A stretch of 64,000 bases of DNA from Eledone cirrhosa (lineage: Eukaryota): NCBI GenBank assembly GCA_964016885.1, contig OZ024744.1, forward strand, positions 78,430,001-78,494,000, given 5' to 3'. The notes under the pieces were generated by a model. The model ran no database searches. It was given only the letters and a program-made list of their open reading frames with translations, and was not told where the DNA came from. Positions 40,977-52,900 of this stretch are shown in pieces. The position numbers were made by a program, and so were the translations under genes. The stretch's first letter is position 1. Every line of letters starts with the position of its first letter.

Positions 40977-43900
40977 CCTATTATTTCGCCTCATACTGTA
41001 AACCAGACAGCACATCCAATTCAGTTGTTTTCTTTTCTACCTGTCTTCTCTTATCTGTTTACCCGGGTAAAGTTAGGTACATCAGCTAGTATACATATAC
41101 ACACATAAATCATTATTATTCTGTTAGTTATTATTCTGTGAACATAGCATCATCTATGAAAAGACCAATGGAGACATTGTTTCCATGGTCTGATCTGATG
41201 ATCAATTTATTTCCTTTATCATCATCATTACAATCACCACCACCACCACGATGATTTAATCATGCAACACAATCATCGTCATCATCATCATTAATTCTTA
41301 ATTTTTGTTGTTTTGTGATTAACAGATGTTCTTGATTTGGCTTGGTCTCCACATGATGCCTGGTTAGCCACCTGTAGTGTTGACAACACTGTTGTTGTAT
41401 GGAATGCTTTGAAATTTCCAGGTAAACAAATTCATATTCAATATTAATTTCCTTCCATTTAGCAAAATACCCAAAAGTTTAACCCTTTAGCATTTAAACT
41501 GACCATATCCAGCCAGAATTCTCTCACCCCTTTCTGTTCAAACTGGCTATAACTGGCCATTTATGTTAAGGTATTGTTCTCTAAATAAATACGATCAAAA
41601 TCTTGTAGGTTCAGTATTATGTAAGATAAAGTCTTTACCACAAAAATATAATAGTATATATAACGTAAATGCTAAAGTGTTAAGAGGAGAATAAAAAAAT
41701 GCTACGGGAAAACTAAGTCTTTGACTCAATTTACCTTATTAGTTAGTTATTTTGATTCATTTTTGGAAAATATGCTATTCGAATTATGCATAAACCTCTC
41801 AATTTTCCACAGACCTTTATATAACATCAGCCATGGTACAAGGTTCCCTTTAGCATTTAGATTACTCTATATTTACTTTAATATTTTCACAGAAAAGGCT
41901 TTTCCTCACATAATATCGAATCTGAGATTTCAATATTATTTATTTTGAGAACAATACCTTAACATAAGTTAGAGCAGCTGGTTACAACCAGTTTGAACAG
42001 AAAGCGGTGAGAATGCTGGCCGGATATCGCTGGTTTAAATGCTAAAGGGATAAGGAGTTTGCTTTGCAAAAATGTGGCTTTATGTCTGTATGGCACTTTG
42101 GGCAAGTGTTTTCTGGTATAGCTCCAGGTTGATCAGTGCCTTGTGAGTGGAATTTGGTAGATGCAAACTGAGTGGGAGCTTGTCTATATGTTTGTGTGTA
42201 GGTCTGTTGTTTGTTTTTGTCCTGTAAATTAGTTGTTTGACAAGTAGATTGATACAATAATTTCAAGACTTGAACAAATAAGTACTGGACTCTATATGGT
42301 TGATTAGATCCCTCAAAGATAGTATTCCGTCATGGCTTCAGTATAGTGACTGAAACCAATAAATGTTTATCATGGAAATAAAAGGAGGAATATCATCTTG
42401 GCATAATCAGTAGAACGTTGGAGTAAATGTCTTAGTATCGTTAACCCTTTCATTACTGTATTTCTAATTAAATACTTGGTATTGTGGTGAAGGTGCTCAG
42501 CCACATGTACATTAATTTCACGGGCAGGCTGTTCTGTTGATCGGATCAACTGGAACACACATCGTAACCGACGAAATGTCTTCCTTCCTTTGTATTGTAA
42601 TTAATTAGTTAATGGAGAATTTGGATGGATTTACCTAAAAACAGGAATTTTTTTAAATGGGTGTTATTATTTCTTAGAGACAGAGGTAGTTTTGGGTAGG
42701 TTAACAATTCTTCAACAAAGATACTATGTCATTGGCTTATAGCAAGATGTTCATCTAGTATAGGCATATCATCATCATCTTCGTTTAATGTCTATCTTCC
42801 ATGCTAGCATGGGCAGGACGGGCTGTCCCTTTGTGAGGGATCAGGTCGACGGGACCGTGATTCGCTCACACAGAACTGATTTTGGCTTGGTTTCTACCGC
42901 TGGATGCCCTTCCTAATGCCAAACACATTTACAGTGTGCACTGGCTGCTTTTTTGATGTGACACCTACACATCCACTTTACAGCATGGACAGGGTGCTTT
43001 TTGTTGTGACACAGTGTTTGTTTATCACTTTCTAAGTTAGCTAACTTGTATTATTCTCTTTCTTTTTTCAGAACAGATCTGTCTTCTGAAAGGTCACTCT
43101 GGTTTGGTGAAAGGTGTTACCTGGGATCCAGTTGGGAAATACCTTGCATCCCAAGTAAGAATTTTATTGTTAGTCAAAAATACTCTCTACACACATGTAC
43201 ATATCTATTTGCACACATACATGGATGTGTACAATCTATCCCTATGCATCTATATAACAGTACCTACACATACACAAATCTGTGAATATTCATGAATGTA
43301 GTTTATTCAGGTGTACAATTGGAAGAAAAAGTACGCAATATATGCAGAAGAGTTTGTTGTTTGAATGCTGAGTAGAGACTGATACATCAGTTTTAAACAA
43401 ATTCAACCATCATCATCATTTTTATGCTCACTTGTTCCATACTGGCATAGAAGAGACATGGTTCTTTGACCAGTCTAATCTCAGACTGTGCCAGCCTGTC
43501 CGACCCATGCCAACATGGAAAACAGATGCAATATGATAATGGTTGTGGTGTGTGTGTATGTATGTAACCTCTCAATGGAGATGACAAAGGTATGCTATTA
43601 TTTGCAATGCATGGTGCTGGAGAAAACCTGCCTATCCATACAAAGAAACAAATTTGAAAAGAGACGATAGTTTGAAGGCTATGTTCTGTCTTTATTTTGA
43701 ATTGTGTTATAATGCTGTATATCAGTATGAAGCGAGTGTAAAACCAAAGGTATTCACCAGGCGTAATTCTGAACTACCAACGAGAGACTACAACGAGACT
43801 CTGTACACTCTGTTACCCTGACAGTTCACTTCAGTTCTTATTTATAGACTTTTCGTCTAGTCTTCTAGTTGCGTGGGGGTGTTCGGGGTTTTTTCTCCAG

Positions 43901-46900
43901 AACAAATGGATGGCTTATAAACAAGCAGAATTTATCGGAGTGTATGTAACCTTGTTATGATCACACCCACATTCTGTGGCAGAAAACCTCATCAAGTAGT
44001 GGTCTAGTTAGCTCTATGTCTATGCAGAGTGAGCTAATGACATATATCTGAGGAGCTTATATCAGTGTATGTAATCTGCCTGATGTGATCACATGAACTA
44101 ACAATACTGACTGATAAATATATGGAAATTCCTAGTCTCATTTCAATTTCCTCACTGAATTAAAAGCTGATAAATGTGAAATTTGTGGTGGTCTTATATG
44201 GCAAATACAGCAAGATAAGATATACATTTGAAGACAGAATTTTTGGAGTTGTCTTATTTTATATTAGTAATTATTTTTTAATCTTAACTATTTTTGAATT
44301 TTACAAGGTTTTTATAAATTTCACTACTTTAGTCTGACGACAAAACTCTAAGAATCTGGCGTACTGTTGACTGGCAACAAGAAGCTGTTGTTAAAGAACC
44401 ATTTGAAGAGGTAAGCATTATTTTCTTTTACTATTATAAATTTAGAGTTATTATAGATAGGTTTACACTCTGTCTGTTTGTGTTTCTCTACCGGTCTGTC
44501 TCTATATCTCCACTGTTTCTCCTTTCACTCTCTCTCTCTCTTATTCTTTCATATGTATAACGTCCGTCATCTACTACCGCTTGACCGTCGTGCCTTGTCC
44601 AGCCAAAACGCTCACCAAAATGGGGGCGCGCGCTCTTCCAATTCCTTTGGAAGAAGCGGGCTCCTTTGGTGAGAAGATTCATCTGCTGCCAACACCCTTC
44701 CATCGGAGGGCTGGGGATGCTGAGGCTGACGATGTGCAAACATGTGCTCAGGCTGCGGCATCTCTACGTTCATTAGGAAACCCTGACCTAGCTGCAGTTC
44801 TGGGTCAAGCAAAGACCGAGGAAAATGGGCGACTGGCACATCGTATGTGCTCAGGCGCTCACAGCCCTCTGGCAGGCGGACCCAGCAATCAGTCGAGACT
44901 CCACTTCGACATTCTATAGAGGGTTGGTCCGCAGCAAGTGCGACGACGCACTCGGAGAAACTCCAGGCGTAGAGGAAGACGAACTGGCCAGTCTGTTCGG
45001 TAGGACCTTCCGCCCGGGACCAATGGACAACTTCCAAAAGTCCCTGGCCTGGCAGTGCTACTGAGGAGCTCTACCAGTTCGAGACAAGCTCTACAGACAT
45101 GCGCGCCCGGGCAGGGACCCTTCGAAAAAGATCTGTCCAAGATGCGTGCGAGACGAAGAAACCGTCGCGCACGCATTTATACACTGCCTGGGCGTTACCG
45201 ACCTGTGGGGATATGTAGAACGACTATTGTCGCGGGTGGGACCAATCTGGTTGACCACCGAGTCCATTGTCATGATCAAACTGCCACCCTCCTTCAAAAA
45301 CGAAGGAGAGGCGGTTTTCCTTCGTGTGATAGCTATGGTGGACAAGGTTAAAAGGGCTGAGGTCAGACACCTTTCTCTCCGGCCAACAACTGATTCTTTT
45401 TTTTCAAATACCACTTTGGAAGAAGAATCAGGATGGAGAGAGAGGTGCTGTACCCCAGCAACTTTTATGAAAGGTGGGTGAGAATGGCCCGAGTGAATGG
45501 GCTTTCTCCCTATATCAGCCTGTAGGTTGAGGAAAAAGAGGAAAGGGGTACAAACTCTTCGTACTCCTGGAGATGAGGGTTGTACATTTTTTCGGGGGGT
45601 ATGTGTTACCCATATGAAATGTCTCCCCCTATTGGGGAAAATCGATTAATTTTTTAAATTGCATTTGTGATAGTATTTTACACGTTTTTATTGTATATAA
45701 ACTTCCCCCTTTGTATTTGTCCCCTTCTTTTGTGCCCCTGAGGCTATATATATATATCAAAGTATATATATATATACATATATCAAAATGAACTTGTTTT
45801 TATATAAGATAATGTATTCAGATAATACATGCATATGTTATAAAAATAGAAATGCTGTTTCAATGGATGTGCATGTATATTTCAGTGCTCAGCTACCACA
45901 CATATTCTCCGACTGAATTGGTCACCTGATGGTCACTACATAGTTTCAGCCCATGCAATGAACAACTCAGGACCCACGGCACAAATAATCGAGCGTGAAG
46001 GGTGGCGAACATCAATGGATTTTGTTGGTCACCGAAAGGCTATAACTGTAGTTGTTAGTATACTTTTATATACTGTGTATAAACCCTGAATTTATGATAA
46101 AAAGCTTCTTATTTTTAAATGTTTATCCTTGTATCAAAACCTTTCATCATAATTTCATTTTAGAAGTTTTTGTTAAGTCATGTCCTAAATATGAGCTTAC
46201 TAATAAAGATCTTAGTTATTTTATTGAATTCTTCAAAATTATTCAAAAACATGGTAACAAAAAGGATTAAACCTACAAATTTCTTGGTCTCAACTGCATG
46301 GCTATATATGGGATGGCATATATAGAAGTAAGTTATATCTATATCTAAGATAATTGATGTATAATACAGAATTTAGATCTCTATAATAATGTTACATTTT
46401 TCTATGATAATATATTAAATGTTTATTATATTTCAAGACTTTGACATTTGATAGGGTTTCTGAGTGGGTACTTTTCACAAGGAACATATTGCGGGACATT
46501 TTCTTTATTAACTCTATTTTTTTTAATCTGAGGGTGGAGCATTGAAATGGGGCAGTGCTAATGCTGGATATTGTATTGATAAATGTCTGGTTGTTGCATA
46601 TTTTTTTAACTCATTGAATCAATCAATCCACAATTACACATAAAACTAGAATGTATTTAGTTTCTGTTTATACTCTTCTATGTACTTGGTTTCTGTATGA
46701 TATTTTGCTACAAGAACATACATTTCTTAGTAATTTGCTTGTGTTACATTTTATACTGCAGTTATAATACATAATACATCTTAGACACCTTATATCAACT
46801 GCTTCTCAGAACATGGATGGTTGCACTAAATATTGCACTGTCTTCTATCTATTTTGATTGGCTTGTTGGGTAAAAAGCAAAACAAGTTAGATGGAAATTA

Positions 46901-49900
46901 ATTACAAGAATTATAAATATATTTAATTATGGTTGTACTATTACGTTTGCCATACCAATGCTCATTGCATACAGGTTCATTACCATATCTAATTATATTA
47001 ATAAGACCACTTGTTTGATAGTATATTTGTTCTTGTACACTTATAATAATGAGGATGATTTTTTTTTCAGCGTTTCAACCCCAACATTCTATCCATGAAA
47101 GTTAAAAAGGAATTGGATAAGGTAAGTTGACATAAATTTCAACCATCTTGTTATGTATCAACTATGGAGTGGTCTTGTAAGCTGAGCTTGATCATACAGG
47201 TTCACAATCTTTTATCCGAAATTCCGAAAACGGAAAAGCTCTGAAAACTGAACATTTTTTCCAGGCTGTTGTCTGCACACCAAAGCTCGCATTTAGTGCC
47301 AAACTTGACCTGAAACGACCTACAGTCAACCCAGATCATGCAGTTGTGTCTTGAGGCGCAAACTCACAGCCACAAGCCGAGCACTCTACCTCTGAGCTAC
47401 CCTGTCCCCTGTAATGTTATATAAAAAGAGACTTTAAAATCTACACTAAAAAACTTCCATTCCAAAATCTGAAAAGTGTCTGGTCCCAAGGTTTTCAGAT
47501 AAGAGATTGTGTGAACCTGTATTACCTATTCACAGCTAGACTGGCAAATTGGTCACGTTTAGTGTGGCATTGGTGATGAGATCTTTGATTTATCAGCTGA
47601 TGTCCTATTAACTCAAGCAGATTACTGTAGCTTGTAGCAAATTCAATCCTTATGTTTTTGGAATAAACAAAACTCAAGACTTAGTTTACTGCAAAGTTCA
47701 AACTTATTAAAAAAATAGGTCTAACCTGTTGACTGCTGCATTTATATTACACAGCTACAGTTGCTGTGCTGAGGTTTATTTTTATAGTAAAATGAAAATG
47801 ACTATTTTTTAAACAAACATTTAATAACAAGACATATCTGAAGGATTGACAAACATCACATCAATAAACGAGTAACCCCATCTAGCTTTGAAGTTATGAA
47901 CTGTTGGAAAAGAGTTCAAACATTAGGATGAGTTATTTCACCTACGGTACTGAAGAGGTTAAACTTCCTGGCTATTTCTATGTAATTTACATTTTTAAAA
48001 TCTTTGGTTTTTTGTACCACAATGATCGGAGAAAAAACTGGTTTCAATGTGGTCGGATATAAATATTTTATCTCCAAAGATAAAAAATTATAATTTTATT
48101 GATGACTCTTCTCAGTGACATAATCAGGTTTTCTTTTTTCCTTTGTGCTCTTTTTATCATTTTCTCTATAACCTCCCTTCTCTCTCTTTGGGGCTAAAGG
48201 AAAACACCAGGGGGGAGATCAGAGCCACCCCTAGGTCTGTTTGTAAAGGCGTTATGCTAAACCTCACTATACACCTAAAAAAAATGCATGGGTTCAAATG
48301 GAGATCAGTTAGAACATGTGCTGTAACAGAAACACCAGAAAATACTGAATTTTTGATATATTGTTTTTAATGGTTTGAACTAATATTCAGTTTTATCAGT
48401 TTTTATCAAAAAATGAATAACGTAGACAAAAAATAAAAATGGAACCATTTTCTCCCCCCCCCCCCCCCCCACACTTACCTGGTATGTATATGTATGCTCA
48501 TATTCCATTTTTCCTCTCTTATTCTCCTGTATTGTTATGGTTCACTGTTTTGCAGCCTCAGCAATACACATGCTGTGCCATTGGTAGTCGTGATAGATCA
48601 CTTTCAATCTGGGTAAGTCTCATCTCCCTCATCTTATCTTCATAAAATACTTCACACTTTTTATTGATTATATTCACTCACATTTTTTGTTCTTTTCTTC
48701 TGGAATACTGGTGTTATGAGATATTATGATGTATTTATATAGAGGGGTGTGTCTTGTCTAAAGTTTCACACTGACGGTGTTAGATAAATTGATGTATTTA
48801 TATAGTAAAGTGGTATATTTTGTCTAAGGTTTAACATTCATCATCATCACCGTTTTACGTCCGTTCTTCCACGCTAGCATGGGTTAGACGGTTTGTCCTG
48901 TTGTGGGCAGTGTCCGGTCGGCTGACCTTGTCTTGCTCATACGGGAACTGATTCTGGCTTGATTTCTACAGCTGGATGCCCTTCCTAACACCAACCTCAT
49001 TTACAGTGAGTGCTGGGTGCTTTTTTTTTCTGTGGCACCTCCACGACCATTTTGCAGTGGAGTGATAGGGACCCCAGTCCCTATCATCTCATTTCTACAG
49101 CTGAGTAAACTGGAGCAATGTGAAATAAAGTGTCTTGTTCAAGGACACAACACATCACCCGGTCTGAGAATTGAACTCACAACCTTTCGATTGCAAGCCC
49201 AATGCTCTAACCACTAAGCCATGTGCCTCCATTGTAGTTATCATAATACTGAGGGTATTACATATGTTGATGTATTTAGGACTACCTTATCTAATGTGTG
49301 CGATCAGTATTTTATGATGGTTGGATGTATTTCTGTTAATGGATTAACCTTAAAGCTTGTTAATGATGAAAATGTTGGTGACTCTTGTGTCTTGGCATTA
49401 GATGATGTTGCATTCTTACTAACATAAAAATATAAGTAAGTCAGAAGACTTCATATGTGAGCGCTTGTTTTCAATTCCTTAAAAGTATTTTTAGTTCAAC
49501 TTTTAACCATGACAATAATGATATTATTTTCATTTGATTTTAATAATTTTCCAGCTGACTGCTTTAAAACGGCCATTAGTTGTCACACATGATTTGTTTA
49601 CAAACTCAATTTTGGATATATCATGGTAAGCATAGTCTTTTAATAAATTCTCATGTTTTCATCATCATCACCATTTAATGCCTATTTTCCAACATTTCCC
49701 TTACCAATTTCTAGCCTTGTTTCAATTAAAAATAATTATTTTTGCTTATTTCCCTTACCAATTTCTAGCCTTGTTTCAATTAAAAATAATTATTTTTGCT
49801 TATTTCCCTTACCAATTTCTAGCCTTGTTTCAATTAAAAATAATTATTTTTGCTTATTTCCCTTACCAATTTCTAGCCTTGTTTCAATTAAAAATAATTA

Positions 49901-52900
49901 TTTTTGCTTATTTCCCTTACCAATTTCTAGCCTTGTTTCAATTAAAAATAATTATTTTTGCTTATTTCCCTTACCAATTTCTAGCCTTGTTTCAATTAAA
50001 AATAATTATTTTTGCTTATTTCCCTTACCAATTTCTAGCCTTGTTTCAATTAAAAATAATTATTTTGCTTTTTTTTTTTTTATTTAAAAATTTTTGTTTT
50101 TGTTTTTCCCTCATTTTAGGAGTAAATGTGGTATGGAATTACTTTGTTGTTCTTGGGATGGAACTATTGCATTCATTGACTTCACTGCTGAAGAAATTGG
50201 ACGCCCACTATCTCCACAAGAAGTGGTCAGTATTTGTTTTTGCATGTTAGATAATATTTCCTAACCATATATATATTGTATTAATTATCTTGTTTATTAT
50301 ACTTTACTTTTTTTAACCACTCTTCTTGGAGGTTAATAGTAAAAGTAACAGTAATATACAGAAGTCGGTTCAATCACCTACATTCTGCCCCCAAAATTTT
50401 ATGGTTTTGAGCTAATGGTAGAAACTACTATTATTAAATTTTTTAAAATTTCATTCATTTTCTAATTATTTAGTTAAATAATGTTTGATCTCTAGTTATT
50501 GTTGTTATTGGTTAGCTTTGCCTTTCAGAGGTTGATAAAAGCGCCAGTAATGCACTGGGGTCGATTTAATTGACTTTTCCCTATCCCCAAAATTACTGGC
50601 TTTGTATCTATAGTAGAAATCATTATCATTAAAAATTAGAGATAAGAGGGATCAGATGTTGTTTACTCGAGAGAAGGCTACGTTGGTATGGACACGTGAT
50701 GCGCATGAAAGTCGATAGCTGTATAACAAAGTGCAGGGCAATAAAGATAGACGGTAGCCACGGAATAGGCAGACCTAGAAAATCCTGGGACGAGCTGATA
50801 AACTCCGACCTCACACACTTAGACCTCTCCAAGACAATGTCACTGGACCGAGACCTTTGGCGGTACTCAGTAACAGAGAAGACCCGCCTTACCTAAATAC
50901 ATAGTAAAACCTACTACAGCCAGTAGGCATCTCTAACAAAATACACCCCGTCCCACCCCCACCCCATCCACACCACCCCGTTCTATGTAAAGTTGTGTTG
51001 GTGCCGCGCCATCCAGGCCGAAACAAATGAGATCGTGTAGGTGTCACGACAAAAAAACACACAGTCCACGCTGTAATGTGGCCGTGTAGGCAACACGGTA
51101 AAAACCTCCCAGACCCACACTGTAAATGTGGTTGGTGTTAGGAAGGGCATCCAACTGTAGAAAACCTGCCAGACCTATGCGAGCAAGACAATCACTCTTG
51201 CCTCAAGTGGGACTACCCCCGTCCAAACCCATGCAAGCGTGGAACACGGACGTTAAACGTTGATGATGATGATGATACAAAATGGGAGGGAATGGAAAAA
51301 TTTGGAAATGCTTTATCAAAGATATAATGTCTGAAAGTATTTAGTTGAGGGTTTTTTAAAATTTATTTATTTTTTAATTCTAAGTTCAAATCCTGCAGAA
51401 ATCAGCTTTTATCCTTCCAGGATGAATTTATAAAATAAGTCAAGCTCTGAGTTGACTAAACCAGTCTCTCTTCCTCCACCCCTCTACCAAAGTGTGTGCA
51501 TTTGTGGCAAAGATAGAATTCATTATTATCGACTAACTCCCTCCCCACAATTTCTGATTTTGCGTGTAGCTGGTTGATTGGCAGTATGTGGTTTGTGGCA
51601 TATAGTTACAGCCCTTTATTTTGAATTCAAATTCTGCCAAGGTTAGCTTTGCCTTTCATCCTTACGAGGTCAATAAAATAAAGCACAGTAACATACTGGT
51701 GTCAATTTAATCGACTCTCCCTTTCCATTGCTGGCTTTGTACCAACTACTACTACTACCACCACTACCACCACAAATGTTCTCTCTAATTTTCCCCACAA
51801 CTATTTAATGTCTATTTATTGAGTTTGCAAAAGACAGACAGCTGTCATGTGTTGGGCTGGACCTGTGAGACATTACACTGGTGGGAGGGGGAGTGTCAGG
51901 TCATTGAGGTGGCTTTGGAGCAGGTGGATGGGTGGTGTCTGACCTTTTGTGGTGACCTGGGTTGGACACAGAAATTGGCGGGAAATTCAGGATTATACTG
52001 GCAGAAGTGTGTGTAAGGCAGTGAAGAGAACACAGTGTTGTATCACCTGAACATTTTGAATGTTTGCAGCCATGAACCTATGCATCTTAGAGTACCAGTC
52101 AAGTACAGAGGTCAATTTAATCAACTTTCCCTCTCCACAAATTATCATTGTTATTACTATTATTACTTGCCACTGCTTCTGTTCCTGTATTTCAGTATTT
52201 CACATTTATTGTTGATGGCTGGATTGTGTGTTAATCCAGCCATCAACAATAATTCTAATTTTAACAAAAGCTGTGAAATATCATAACCACAAAAATACAT
52301 GCGGAGCAGAGATATGGGAAACCTAAGAATTGCAGAGGCACATTTTATTAGGAAGCAGAAGCCTACCCTAAGCTGTTGGTTACCTGTTCACATGGAAATA
52401 CCCATACATATACTCTGAATGGTAATGAATTTGCCATGCTAGAAATGGCCTAGTCTGATGAAGGATTATTAATCCGAAAGCTCTTACAATCAAGTGACTC
52501 ATACTAACCCAGCAATAAGGCTTGTAGTCACGTGACCGTTCACAGTAACTTTAACACTAATCCTAAACCTAACCCTTTTAATTCTAACATTAAAACACAT
52601 CTTTATCTAAATTAACAATAAATTATAAAACATATGCCATTTTAAAAAATGTTGTTTAATGGAATTCTCTCTCAGCTCCCTATAGCTCACTAGTCTTACC
52701 TTGCCCTGAACCACATGTACTACAAAAATAACTACACAACCCACTGTACATATAAACTTGTTTGAGATACACTAATGCATTATAGTTAAGAAATATAGTA
52801 TATGTTGGTCTCAGGAAGAGAATCCAGCCATAGAAAACCTGCCACAAAAGCCTTCTCTCAACTTATGCACACATGGAAAAGGTGGATGTAAAGATGATTT

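Noticed and set aside
43705-44103. Solo LTR (TGTTA...TAACA)
   Set aside because: No matching target-site duplication and no second copy in the window.
44488-45481. Cluster of GC-rich overlapping ORFs suggesting a nested or foreign gene
   Set aside because: Explained by a frameshifted L1/Tx1-like LINE 3' end with a zf-RVT-like motif.
49160-49231. tRNA gene on minus strand
   Set aside because: The A/B boxes run directly into a SINE body and RTE tail, and no proper acceptor stem is present.
49653-50250. 144-aa and 190-aa repetitive ORFs
   Set aside because: By-products of a 54-bp (multiple of 3) intronic minisatellite; the longer ORF is out of frame with HIRA exon 13.
52550-52580. Telomeric TAACCC repeats
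   Set aside because: Only a few degenerate units; more likely part of a DNA transposon remnant.
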